NCBI GenBank assembly: GCA_031431215.1
Contig: JANPCZ010000102.1
Span: forward strand, 23,619-87,618
Reading direction: 5' to 3'
Length of the DNA stretch: 64,000 nucleotides
Source of the DNA: Myxococcales bacterium
GTDB lineage: Bacteria > Myxococcota_A > Polyangia > Fen-1088
Numbering within the stretch: the stretch's first letter is position 1; every line of letters starts with the position of its first letter. A model generated the notes under the pieces. It was not told the origin of the DNA and searched no databases. It worked only from the letters and a program-made list of their open reading frames with translations. Below, in pieces: positions 46,903 through 56,099 of the stretch. Both the position numbers and the translations under genes were made by a program.

Positions 46903-47456
46903 GTGCGGACGTGGCCTTCATCGGGCGCAAGTTCGTGCTGGCGGAATTTCCGTCGGCCGACGCCCTGCTCGATGGCACGCGGCGGATGCGCGAAAAGGGC
47001 CACGCCAAGATCGACACGCACACGCCGTACCCGATCCACGGCCTGGAAGCGGCGCTGGGAATCAAGCGCGTGATGATCCCGACCATTGTTCTGGGCGGGG
47101 CGATCATGGGTGTGGTGTCGGCGCTGGCGATGATGATCTACATGAACGTCATCGACTTTCCGCTCAACGTCGGTAACCGCCCCGCGCTGGCCGGCCCGGC
47201 GTTGATCCCGATCACCTTCGAGTTGGCGGTCTTGCTCGGTGGTTCCTCGGCGTTCTTTGGCCTGCTCATCGGCCTGCTGAAATTTCCCGAGCCCTACCAT
47301 CCTCTGTTCGAGCTGGAGGCGTTCCGGCGGGCGTCCATCGATGGGTTCTTCCTGTCGGTCGAGGTCCCCGAGGCACAAAACGCCGAGGACGTGGCCTTGC
47401 AAGCCCGCGAGCTTGGCGCCAACGACACGCACATCGTGGTGGAGTCCGAGCGATGA
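46899..47456 (+). CDS. actD: Alternative complex III subunit D
   Basis: About 185 aa with two central TM helices ('MIPTIVLGGAIMGVVSALAMMIY'). Position and size match ActD. GTG start coupled to the actC stop. Confidence 0.75.
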   Translation: MSADVAFIGRKFVLAEFPSADALLDGTRRMREKGHAKIDTHTPYPIHGLEAALGIKRVMIPTIVLGGAIMGVVSALAMMIYMNVIDFPLNVGNRPALAGPALIPITFELAVLLGGSSAFFGLLIGLLKFPEPYHPLFELEAFRRASIDGFFLSVEVPEAQNAEDVALQARELGANDTHIVVESER

Positions 47457-48067
47457 AAGGCAGTGCGCGCCTGGTCCTGATGCTCGCTTGCGCGGCGCCG
47501 GCGCTGGGTCTGGGCGGCTGCGACGAGGACATGATCAACCCGATGGCGGCGCGCCAGCCACGCGTGCAGAGCTACCGCGAGAGCGACTTCTTCGCCGACG
47601 GCATCGCCATGCGGGCGCCACCGGCGGGCACGGTTCCTCGGGAACGGCTCACTGGTACGCCCGGGCTGAACACGGGCAGGATCGCGGGCGCCGACGGCAA
47701 GGATGTGTACCTGGCAACCATTCCGCTCAAGGTTGACCGCCGGTTCATCGAGCTCGGCCAGCGCAGCTACAACATCACCTGCGCCACTTGCCACGGGCCG
47801 GTCGGTGACGGCGACAGCATCGTGGCCCGCCAGATGTCGCTGCGGCCGCCGCCGTCTTTCATGAAGTACCTCGACAAGCCGCCGGGCTACATCTTCGCAG
47901 TCGCCACCGAGGGCTTCGGCTTGATGGCATCGTACGCGGCCGAATTGCCCCCTCGCGAGCGCTGGGCCGTGGTGGCTTACATCCGGGCGCTCCAGCTATC
48001 GCAGACCGCGACCCTGGATCAGGTGCCGCCGGATATTCGCGCGACGCTGGAAAGGCAGACGCCGTGA
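47453..48067 (+). CDS. actE: Alternative complex III subunit E, monohaem cytochrome c lipoprotein
   Basis: Lipobox 'LGLGGCDED'. A single 'CATCHGP' haem motif. Confidence 0.75.
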   Translation: MKGSARLVLMLACAAPALGLGGCDEDMINPMAARQPRVQSYRESDFFADGIAMRAPPAGTVPRERLTGTPGLNTGRIAGADGKDVYLATIPLKVDRRFIELGQRSYNITCATCHGPVGDGDSIVARQMSLRPPPSFMKYLDKPPGYIFAVATEGFGLMASYAAELPPRERWAVVAYIRALQLSQTATLDQVPPDIRATLERQTP

Positions 48068-49272
48068 CCGCTCCATCGACCGTAGCCATCGACGCCCCCA
48101 AATTCGAGGGCGGCCAGGGCCTGATGAGGCTGGCGGGCGGTCTGGGGGCGGTAGGAATGTTGGGCGCCCTGGCCGGCGTCTTCGTCGATGCCAAGGCAGC
48201 TTTCTTCTCGTATCTGGTGGCGTTCACCTACTGGGCCGGCATTGCGCTGGCGTCGCTCATCATGCTGATGATCTTCCACGCCTTCCGAGCCAAGTGGCCG
48301 GTCGTGCTGCGGCGGCCGCTTGAGGCGATGGCGGTGACCACCGGTCTGTTCGTCCTGCTGGTCATTCCTGTCGTTGTTGGGCTCAAGCACATCTACACGT
48401 GGGTCGAGCCAGCCGAGCACTTCACCAACCACGAACAGCTTGAAATCCTGCACCACAAGGCTGCGTGGCTGCATCCCGCGCGCTTCATCATGCGGACGTT
48501 CGGGTACCTCCTGGTGGCAGCGATGCTGGCGCAGCGTTTCTTTTCATTGTCGACGAGGCAGGACGAGTCGGGTGATCAGGAGCTGACGGTCAAACAGCGC
48601 AACCTCAGCGTCGGGGCATTGCCGCTGATGGCGTTGGTCATCACGTTCGCCGCCTTCGATTGGTTGATGACCCTCGACCCGTTGTGGTTCTCGACCATCT
48701 TCGGCGTCTACTATTTCGCGGGCAGCTTCTGGTCGGCGCTGGCGATTCTCACGCTGGTCATGATGAAGGCCAAGGGCCGCGGTCAGGTCGGCGCCTTTGC
48801 CACCGTGGAGCACCAGCACAACCTCGGCAAGCTTCTGCTCGCGTTCACGGCGTTCTGGGGCTACATCGCGGTGTCGCAGCTCTTGCTTATCTGGATCTCG
48901 AACCTGCCCGAGGAGATTCCGTTCTATTTGGTGCGGTTCAAGGAGAGGTGGGCGGCCGTCGGCATCGGGCTCATGGTGATTCACTTCTTCGTGCCATTTG
49001 GCTGGCTTCTGTCGCGCAACCTCAAGCGCACACCCCGCCTGGCCGTGGTTTGCGTGCTGGTTCTGTTCGCTCACTTCGTCGACATCTACTGGCTGGTCAT
49101 GCCAGCGCTTAGCCCTGACCGACTGGTGTTTCCCTGGATGCTACCGTTTGCGTTCTTCGGCGTCGGCGGTCTGGCAGCCGCTTTCGCGGTCTGGCGCATC
49201 CGCGGCCGTCACATGATCCCGGTCAAGGATCCCTTTCTCGGCGCTTCCCTGCGCTACAGGCAGCCGACATGA
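48064..49272 (+). CDS. actF: Alternative complex III subunit F (second NrfD-like membrane subunit)
   Basis: 10-TM NrfD-like protein paralogous to actC. GTGA coupling. Confidence 0.75.
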   Translation: MTAPSTVAIDAPKFEGGQGLMRLAGGLGAVGMLGALAGVFVDAKAAFFSYLVAFTYWAGIALASLIMLMIFHAFRAKWPVVLRRPLEAMAVTTGLFVLLVIPVVVGLKHIYTWVEPAEHFTNHEQLEILHHKAAWLHPARFIMRTFGYLLVAAMLAQRFFSLSTRQDESGDQELTVKQRNLSVGALPLMALVITFAAFDWLMTLDPLWFSTIFGVYYFAGSFWSALAILTLVMMKAKGRGQVGAFATVEHQHNLGKLLLAFTAFWGYIAVSQLLLIWISNLPEEIPFYLVRFKERWAAVGIGLMVIHFFVPFGWLLSRNLKRTPRLAVVCVLVLFAHFVDIYWLVMPALSPDRLVFPWMLPFAFFGVGGLAAAFAVWRIRGRHMIPVKDPFLGASLRYRQPT

Positions 49273-49667
49273 GCGACCCACACCACGTCCCACCCGTATC
49301 GACCGCCGTCGTGCAGGTGCCTGGCGAAGATGGCATCCAGATGGGCAAGATCGTCGGCATTGGCATCGTGTCCCTGGTGATCTTTGCCCTCTCAGCCTTG
49401 ATTGCTCACCTGGTGCTCAAGAACTACACGGCCTATTTACGGGCTGAGACCGGCGAAGCCCCGCGTGGTCGCATGATCGGCAAACCCGAGATCGGCATTG
49501 TCGATCAAGTTCACTTTGACGACGACCATCGTCTTGAGATCTGGCGTGCGGCGCGCAACAAGCATCTGTCTGGTTACGGCTGGGTCGACCACGCTCGCGG
49601 CGTGGTCCACGTACCGATCGACAAGGCTATGGATCAGGTAGTCAAGCAGGCGGGAGGCGCACCGTGA
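49269..49667 (+). CDS. Small single-TM membrane protein, candidate ActG-like accessory subunit
   Basis: 132 aa with one TM ('IVGIGIVSLVIFALSALIAHLV'). ATGA/GTGA coupled on both sides within the act–cta operon. Confidence 0.45.
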   Translation: MSDPHHVPPVSTAVVQVPGEDGIQMGKIVGIGIVSLVIFALSALIAHLVLKNYTAYLRAETGEAPRGRMIGKPEIGIVDQVHFDDDHRLEIWRAARNKHLSGYGWVDHARGVVHVPIDKAMDQVVKQAGGAP

Positions 49668-50533
49668 CGGTGTCGCAGATCGAGCTGTTCGGCGCCTGTG
49701 CCGGCCTGGCGCTGGGGCTCTACGCGGCGCCCGCGCTTGCCTACGAGCGTCGCCATGGCCCGCTGCCCGCGGTGGGCGGCACCGGCCCGGCGGCCGCCGC
49801 CAACATCGATCCCATCGAGAACCTAGGCGAGCGCGTGCCTCGAGGCCTGGTGTTCTCCGATGGCCACGGCCAGCGGGTGGACCTGGATACCGTGCTCGCT
49901 CGCGGCAAGCCAGTGATCCTGACCATGGGCTATTACCACTGCCCGCTGCTTTGCAACTTGATCCACGAGGGTCTCGCGCGCGCTATCAAGGAGGCGAACC
50001 TGGTCCTGGGCCGGGACTTCCTGGGCGTCGCGGTCAGCGTAGATCCCAGCGAGGATCCCAAGTCCGCTGCCACCAACGAAGGGCGTCTGCTGCGCTCGCT
50101 CGACCACAAGGAGACCGCCGACTGGCCGTTCTTGCTTGAGCGCGGCGGCGGCCAGGTGCCCAACGTCAAGGCGCTCGCGAGCTCGGTCGGCTTCCGCTAC
50201 ACCTACGACAAGAAGTCGAAACAGTTCGCCCACGCTGCCGTGGTGGTCATTCTCGCACCGGGCGGCAAGATCGCGCGTTACCTGTACGACGTGAACTACA
50301 AGGCCCGCGACCTGCGCATGGCGCTGGTCGAGGCCAGCGAAGGCCGCGTCGGCACCGCCCTCGATCGGGTACTGCTCGCTTGCTTCAAGTACGATCCCAT
50401 GGCCCAGCGCTACACCCCCTACCTGATGTCCTTCGTGAAGATCGGCGCCGGCAGTTGCTTCCTGGCGCTGGCTGGCTTGCTCACGGTGCTGTGGCGTAAA
50501 GAGCTGCAGATGCGCCGCAGGAGGACGGCATGA
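49664..50533 (+). CDS. SCO1/SenC-family copper chaperone (thioredoxin fold)
   Basis: 'YYHCPLLCN' is the CxxxC copper-binding motif. A conserved His lies in 'FAHAAVVVILAPGG'. N-terminal and C-terminal TM anchors. Confidence 0.75.
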   Translation: MTVSQIELFGACAGLALGLYAAPALAYERRHGPLPAVGGTGPAAAANIDPIENLGERVPRGLVFSDGHGQRVDLDTVLARGKPVILTMGYYHCPLLCNLIHEGLARAIKEANLVLGRDFLGVAVSVDPSEDPKSAATNEGRLLRSLDHKETADWPFLLERGGGQVPNVKALASSVGFRYTYDKKSKQFAHAAVVVILAPGGKIARYLYDVNYKARDLRMALVEASEGRVGTALDRVLLACFKYDPMAQRYTPYLMSFVKIGAGSCFLALAGLLTVLWRKELQMRRRRTA

Positions 50534-51603
50534 GCGAGTGGTTCACGTTCTTCAACGAGCTGATGCGGAAGATGCTGTTCCTGCCCGAGCAGGCCAGCAC
50601 CCTCGCGTATCGCATCGACTTCCTTCACTACTTCGTCTTCATCGTGACCATGGTGTCGTCGATCGCGGTCGGACTACTCGCGGTCTCGTTCTTCTTCAAG
50701 TACCGCGCCAAGGAGAAGCTGGCCTCCACGCCGATCGTCAACGCCAGCCACAGGTTCGAGGCGACGGTGATCGCGGTGCCTCTGGTGTTCTTCTTCATCT
50801 GGGCCGCTATCGGGTTCCGCGACTACATGTGGTACACGACGCCGCCTCGCAATACGCTGGACATCTACGTCACCGCTAAAAAGTGGATGTGGCATTTCTC
50901 CCATCCCGATGGTCCCAACAGCAACGCCAACCTGACCGTCCCTGCCAATCGACCGGTCCGGCTGCTGCTCACCAGCCGCGACGTGATCCATTCGTTCTTC
51001 GTGCCCGAATTCCGCATCAAGCAGGACGCCATCCCGGGGCGCTACACCGAGATCTGGTTCGAGGCGACCAAGCCGGGCCGCTATCGTATCTATTGCACCG
51101 AGTACTGCGGCACCTGGCACTCGAACATGGTGGGCGAGGTGATTGTGCTGCCCGGGCAAGAGTTCGACAACTGGATCGCCAAGCAACGATTGGGCCTGTC
51201 CGATCGGGTCGATGTCAGCGCGTCGACCGACAACGGTGGCGACTTCCGCGGCGATCTTGCATCCTACGGGCGCAGGCTTGCCGGCGTGCAGGGCTGCCTG
51301 AAGTGCCACTCGCTCGACGGGCAACCCCACATCGGGCCCACCTGGGTGGACCTGTACAAGCGCAAGACCGTGCTGGTCTCGGGCGAAACCATCATTGCCG
51401 ACGAGGGTTACCTGACCGAGTCGATGATGGATCCCTACACCAAGGTCGTGAAGGGCTTCCAGCAAGTGATGCCTAGCTTCCGCGGTAAGCTGGCGGCGCC
51501 CGAGGCGGCGGCCCTGGTCGAGTTCATCAAGACCCTCCGGAGCGACAGCCTGGAGAACACGCCCTCGAAGGAAGCGGTCTATGGCCCAGTTGAGCGTCGT
51601 TAA
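50530..51603 (+). CDS. ctaC: Cytochrome c oxidase subunit II with a fused C-terminal cytochrome c domain (caa3-type)
   Basis: The CuA site 'HSFFVPEF...IYCTEYCGTWHSNM' and a C-terminal 'GCLKCHSLDG' haem c motif. Confidence 0.9.
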   Translation: MSEWFTFFNELMRKMLFLPEQASTLAYRIDFLHYFVFIVTMVSSIAVGLLAVSFFFKYRAKEKLASTPIVNASHRFEATVIAVPLVFFFIWAAIGFRDYMWYTTPPRNTLDIYVTAKKWMWHFSHPDGPNSNANLTVPANRPVRLLLTSRDVIHSFFVPEFRIKQDAIPGRYTEIWFEATKPGRYRIYCTEYCGTWHSNMVGEVIVLPGQEFDNWIAKQRLGLSDRVDVSASTDNGGDFRGDLASYGRRLAGVQGCLKCHSLDGQPHIGPTWVDLYKRKTVLVSGETIIADEGYLTESMMDPYTKVVKGFQQVMPSFRGKLAAPEAAALVEFIKTLRSDSLENTPSKEAVYGPVERR

Positions 51604-53224
51604 CGAAAGCGAAGGCTACCTCAAGGTCAACTACATGAATGCCGACCGCGGCATCATGAGCTGGGTCCTTACGCTCGACCACAAGCGCATCGCGCTGATG
51701 TACTTCGTGCTGACGATGGTGTCGTTCTTCATCGGCGGCATGCTGGCCGAGGCCATCCGCATCGAGCACCTGACGCCGGGCGAGACCATCATGGGGGCGA
51801 ACACGTACAACCGCATGTTCACCCTGCACGGCGTGGTCATGATCTTCATGTTCATGATTCCCGCGGTGCCCGGTATCTTTGGCAATTTTTGCTTGCCGCT
51901 GATGCTGGGTGCGAAGGACGTCGCCTTCCCCCGGCTGAACCTGTTGTCGGTCTACGTGTACGCAGTCGGCGCCGGGCTACTGGTCTACGCCATGGCGTCG
52001 GGCGGGGTCGACGCCGGCTGGACGTTCTACGCGCCCTATAGCCTCAGCACGCCGGCCACGATATTCCCGGCCTTGCTCGGCGTGTTCATCATTGGCTTCT
52101 CGTCGATTCTCACCGGCCTCAATTTTATCGTCACGGTGCACACGCTGCGCGCGCCTGGCATGACCTGGATGCGCATGCCGCTGTTCGTGTGGGCGACCTA
52201 CGCCACCAGCATCATCCAGGTGCTGGCGACGCCGGTCATCGGCATCACGGCGATGTTGGTTGGCATCGAGCACGTGTTCGGCTTTGGCTTCTTCGATCCG
52301 ACCCGCGGTGGCGATCCGGTCCTGTTTCAGCACATGTTCTGGTTCTACTCGCACCCGGCGGTCTACATCATGGTGCTGCCCTCGATGGGCGTGATAAGCG
52401 AGGCAGTCGCCGCCGTCAGCCGCAAGAACATTTTCGGCTACAAGATGATCGCGTACTCGTCGCTGGGTATCACCTTCGTTGGGTTCTTCGCCTGGGGCCA
52501 CCACATGTTCCTGTCCGGCCAGTCGGCGCTCGACTCGGGCGCCTTCGCCATCATTTCGATGCTGGTCGGCGTGTTCACCGCCATCAAGGTGTTCAACTGG
52601 GTGGGCACCATGTACCGCGGCTCGATCGCCGTTAATGCCCTCCTGTTCTATGTGTGTGGCTTCCTGTTCTTCGTGGTGTTCGGCGGCATGACCGGCATCG
52701 CGGTCGCGACGGTGTCGCTCGATGTCCACTGGCACGACACGTACTTCGTGGTGGCGCACTTCCACTTCATCATGGTGGGCGCCGTGCTCATGGGCGTTCT
52801 GGCGGCGATCCACATGTGGTTCCCCAAGATGTTCGGCCGCATGTACCACGAAGGCTGGGCCATGGTGGCGGCCGCATTGATCGTGCTGGGCTTCAACGCC
52901 ACCTTCATCCCGCAGTTCCTGCTGGGCAACGCCGGCATGCCGCGACGTTACTTCCTGTATGACGAGAAGTACTGGATGCTCAACGTCGCTTCGACCGCGG
53001 GCTCGACGTTGCTGTTCATCGGTTTCGTGATCGTCGCCATCTACCTGATCTACGCGCTCAAACACGGCCCCATCGCGGGGTCGAACCCGTGGGGCTTGAC
53101 CGGCCTCGAGTGGCAGACGACCTCACCGCCGCCCAAGCACAACTTCATTGGCCAGCCCACTGTGGAGGAGGACCCGTACACGTACCAGAAGAAGGGCGAG
53201 AAGGTCGAACATGTCGTCATCTGA
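51581..53224 (+). CDS. ctaD: Cytochrome c oxidase subunit I
   Basis: 12-TM haem-copper oxidase core with 'WFYSHPAVYIMVLP' and 'HHMF'. 'HDTYFVVAHFHF' carries the His ligands. Confidence 0.9.
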   Translation: MAQLSVVNESEGYLKVNYMNADRGIMSWVLTLDHKRIALMYFVLTMVSFFIGGMLAEAIRIEHLTPGETIMGANTYNRMFTLHGVVMIFMFMIPAVPGIFGNFCLPLMLGAKDVAFPRLNLLSVYVYAVGAGLLVYAMASGGVDAGWTFYAPYSLSTPATIFPALLGVFIIGFSSILTGLNFIVTVHTLRAPGMTWMRMPLFVWATYATSIIQVLATPVIGITAMLVGIEHVFGFGFFDPTRGGDPVLFQHMFWFYSHPAVYIMVLPSMGVISEAVAAVSRKNIFGYKMIAYSSLGITFVGFFAWGHHMFLSGQSALDSGAFAIISMLVGVFTAIKVFNWVGTMYRGSIAVNALLFYVCGFLFFVVFGGMTGIAVATVSLDVHWHDTYFVVAHFHFIMVGAVLMGVLAAIHMWFPKMFGRMYHEGWAMVAAALIVLGFNATFIPQFLLGNAGMPRRYFLYDEKYWMLNVASTAGSTLLFIGFVIVAIYLIYALKHGPIAGSNPWGLTGLEWQTTSPPPKHNFIGQPTVEEDPYTYQKKGEKVEHVVI

Positions 53225-53870
53225 AGCGCACCAGGAGCACGAGCATCCGTGGTACCTCGCGCACCACTTCGACAACATCAAGGTCCAGAACTACGCCGTC
53301 CGCATGGGCATGTGGCTGTTCCTCGGCACCGAGGTGCTGCTGTTCGCGGGCCTGTTCCTTGGCTACACGGTGTACCGGTACTTCTACCCGCAGGCGTTCG
53401 AGGAGTGCTCGCAACTGTTGTCGGTGGGGATGGGCGCGTTCAACACAGTGGTGCTCATCGGGTCGAGCTTCCTGGTCGTGTGGGCCTACCACTCGATCAA
53501 GCACGATCAGGTCAAGAAATGCGCATGGCTGCTGTTCCTGACCATCGTCTGCGCCGGCATCTTCCTGGTGGTCAAGTACTTCGAGTACATGCACAAGATT
53601 CACGAGGGCCAGCTGCCCGGCAAGATGTACACGTTCGAGGGCGTCACGGCGCCCGGCGCGAATATGTACTTCTCGATCTACTTCCTGATGACGGGGCTGC
53701 ACGCGCTGCACGTCATCATCGGCGCCACCATCCTCGCGGTGCTCATGGTGCGCGTGATGAAGGGTAAATACGGGTCGCACCACAACGTGCCGATCGAGCT
53801 GGGCGGGCTCTACTGGCACCTCGTCGACCTGGTGTGGATATTCCTTTTCCCGCTCCTGTACCTCATTTGA
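53211..53870 (+). CDS. ctaE: Cytochrome c oxidase subunit III
   Basis: 'GMWLFLGTEVLLFAGLF', 'YWHLVDLVWIFLFPLLY' and 5–7 TM helices. ATG 53211 overlaps the ctaD stop. Confidence 0.85.
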   Translation: MSSSEAHQEHEHPWYLAHHFDNIKVQNYAVRMGMWLFLGTEVLLFAGLFLGYTVYRYFYPQAFEECSQLLSVGMGAFNTVVLIGSSFLVVWAYHSIKHDQVKKCAWLLFLTIVCAGIFLVVKYFEYMHKIHEGQLPGKMYTFEGVTAPGANMYFSIYFLMTGLHALHVIIGATILAVLMVRVMKGKYGSHHNVPIELGGLYWHLVDLVWIFLFPLLYLI

Positions 53871-53894
53871 CGATCACCCGAACCGGAGACTGCC

Positions 53895-54305
53895 GTGGCT
53901 GATACGACGATGCACAAAGGCTCTCACGGTCACGGTCACGCCGATGCTCATGGCGATGATCACGGCATGAAGGGTTACATCCTTGTCCTCGTGGCACTGC
54001 TCATCGGCACAGTCGTCACGGTGGTCACCGGGAAGATGGATCTGGGCTCGTTCAACCTCGCCATCGCCCTCATCATCGCCACCACCAAGGCCACCCTGGT
54101 CGTGCTCTACTTCATGCACCTCAAGGACTCGACCGGCGTGAACCGGTTGGTGTTCGTGGTGTCGATCATATTCGCCTTGGTGCTTATCGCGGGCGTCTTC
54201 GGGGACATCATGACCCGGAATCCCGTCAGCCTGCCACACGGCGGCCCGGTGCCGCGGACGGGGACGCCTTCGAGCGCGATGCATCTGCCGGCCGCTCACC
54301 ACTGA
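53895..54305 (+). CDS. Cytochrome c oxidase subunit IV (prokaryotic caa3 type) with a His-rich N-terminal extension
   Basis: Two TM helices ('GYILVLVALLIGTVVTVVTG', 'LVFVVSIIFALVLIAGVF') typical of CoxIV. N-terminus 'HKGSHGHGHADAHGDDHG'. The C-terminal 27 codons overlap the convergent FTR1 gene. Confidence 0.6.
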   Translation: MADTTMHKGSHGHGHADAHGDDHGMKGYILVLVALLIGTVVTVVTGKMDLGSFNLAIALIIATTKATLVVLYFMHLKDSTGVNRLVFVVSIIFALVLIAGVFGDIMTRNPVSLPHGGPVPRTGTPSSAMHLPAAHH

Positions 54306-55095
54306 CCGCATTGCCTCCTGGCCGCTTGCGGCGGGCAAGAACCAGGTACAGAAGCGGCGCTGCGACCAGCGAGTAGGCCAGCACGTGGCCGATGTCGCCC
54401 TCGGGGCCGAAACGCTCGGTGGCATCGTGGAACGCCTCGCTGCCCGCGATGAGCCCGCTCTCGGAGAACTCGTGCATGCTGTAGACGACGAGTTGGATCA
54501 GGAACACGAGAAGAAATACCGCCGTCACGCGCAACACGGCGCCGATGTGCAAGCCGCTGCTGTAGCGGCTCCACAACCACGCAAGTCCCCCTGCCAGCGC
54601 AAGGCCTGCGGCCGACGCCAGCACCAGGCTCGTCGAACTGACCGAGAACGCCTGGACCCCGAGAAACAGGATGGCCTCGAAGCCCTCGCGCGTGACCAGC
54701 ACCGCGGTCAGTAACGCAACTCCGGCGATGGCCTTGCGCGACGGCGCGGCCTGGTTGCCCCCGGCGACGCGGGCCACCCGGGCTTCGATCTCGCCCTTGA
54801 GTCGCCGCCCCATGCGCACGGTCTGCCACAGCAGCAGGCCGACCAGCACCGCCGCCACGACCGCCGAGATGCCCTCGATCACGGCCTGGTTGGGCCCGCC
54901 CTCGGCCGATTGCATCCATCGCCACCAGCCCCACGCAGCCAGGGAGCACGTGATCACCGATATACCCAGTCCGATGTGAACCCCGCGTACCAGCCCGTCG
55001 CGGCCCGTCTTGCGCAGGTAGGCGATGATGACGCCGACAATGAGCAAGGACTCGAGGCCCTCGCGGAACGTGACCAGTACAGCTTGCGACAGCAC
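54226..55095 (-). CDS. FTR1/EfeU-family high-affinity iron permease
   Basis: Two REXXE motifs ('TFREGLESLL', 'VTREGFEAILF') in TM1 and TM4 of a 7-TM protein. GTG start. Confidence 0.7.
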   Translation of the reverse strand: MLSQAVLVTFREGLESLLIVGVIIAYLRKTGRDGLVRGVHIGLGISVITCSLAAWGWWRWMQSAEGGPNQAVIEGISAVVAAVLVGLLLWQTVRMGRRLKGEIEARVARVAGGNQAAPSRKAIAGVALLTAVLVTREGFEAILFLGVQAFSVSSTSLVLASAAGLALAGGLAWLWSRYSSGLHIGAVLRVTAVFLLVFLIQLVVYSMHEFSESGLIAGSEAFHDATERFGPEGDIGHVLAYSLVAAPLLYLVLARRKRPGGNAVSGERPADASRSKASPSAAPGRRVAG

Positions 55096-55110
55096 CTTCG
55101 AAGTCTAGCC

Positions 55111-55136
55111 GATGGATATGATTTTGAGAATCCATT
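55111..55136 (-). promoter_or_regulatory. Fur-box-like AT-rich dyad (ATGGAT-N12-ATCCAT) upstream of the FTR1 permease gene
   Basis: 'gatggatatgattttgagaatccat' is an AT-rich island with a 6-bp inverted repeat in a 70 % GC genome, 16–40 nt upstream of the permease start. The half-site 'AATCATATC' resembles the Fur consensus 'AATCATTATC'. Confidence 0.35.
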
Positions 55137-55223
55137 TCAATTCGCCCTGACTGACGCCCCGGCGCCTCGGCACTGAAGCCGCGAGCAGCCTGCCGCGGTC
55201 CAAGGTGTATGCTCGCGCAGGCC

Positions 55224-56099
55224 ATGGTGAAAAAGCCGCGAATTGCCGCTCTCGCGGCCATCGGGATCGCAAGTGCGCTGCTCGGCGCGCCGCCCGCCCG
55301 GGCCGATGAGGCCGCCTCGCACTACAACGTCGGGCTACAGCTCAAACGGCAGGGCAAGAACGCCGAGGCGATTGCGGAGGTCGAGAAGGCCATCAGCCTG
55401 CGCTCGGACTACGCGGCGGCGCACTTCACGCTCGGGAACCTGTGGCGTGTGCAGGGTGACTACCCGAAGGCTGCCGCCGCTTTAGAGCGGGCCGTGAAGT
55501 TGCAGCCGAAGGACGCGCTCGGGCACGCCAACCTGGGCGCGGTCTACGTGCGGATGAAGCGCGTCGACGACGGCATCAAGGAGATGGAGAAGGCCATCGA
55601 GCTCAAGCCGGACGACTTCGAGGCGCTGGTATCGGTCGGCTTCGCATACCGGCAGAAGGGCGATCTGCCCAAGGCCATCGGTTACCTCAAGAAGGCGACC
55701 GAGGTGAAGCCGGATGATCCGGTGGCCTGGACCAACCTGGGTGTGGCCAGGTCGAAGACCGACGACAAGGACGGCGCCATCGCGGCGTTCAAGAAGGCGA
55801 TCGCGCTCAAGCCGGGTGACGCGCAATCACACTTCAACCTGGCGACGGTCTACCGGCGGCAGCGGCTCACCGACCAGGCGATCAAAGAATACGAGATCGC
55901 TCTGTCCTTCGACGCGAAGCTGGCCGGCGCGTACTACGATCTCGGCATCCTGTACTCGCAGCAGAAGCGCCCCGACGAGGCGCTGGCGGCGTTCAAGAAG
56001 TTTCTGGTGGTCAGCGCCGCCGACGATCCCGGCGCGCGCAAGGACGCCGAGGAGCGCATCAAGACCCTGGAAGCTGCGGGCGTGGGCAAGAGCAAGTAG
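55224..56099 (+). CDS. Secreted tetratricopeptide-repeat protein (about 7 TPRs)
   Basis: Signal 'MVKKPRIAALAAIGIASALLGAPPARA'. Regular 34-aa repeats with the W-LG-Y / A-F-A-P pattern ('AHFTLGNLWRVQGDYPKAAAALERAVKLQP' and others). Alternative start 55209. Confidence 0.65.
   Translation: MVKKPRIAALAAIGIASALLGAPPARADEAASHYNVGLQLKRQGKNAEAIAEVEKAISLRSDYAAAHFTLGNLWRVQGDYPKAAAALERAVKLQPKDALGHANLGAVYVRMKRVDDGIKEMEKAIELKPDDFEALVSVGFAYRQKGDLPKAIGYLKKATEVKPDDPVAWTNLGVARSKTDDKDGAIAAFKKAIALKPGDAQSHFNLATVYRRQRLTDQAIKEYEIALSFDAKLAGAYYDLGILYSQQKRPDEALAAFKKFLVVSAADDPGARKDAEERIKTLEAAGVGKSK

Noticed and set aside
51977-53065. 362-aa − strand ORF antisense to ctaD
   Set aside because: ctaD is unambiguous (haem-copper oxidase motifs). 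The antisense product is His/Arg/Asp-rich low complexity.
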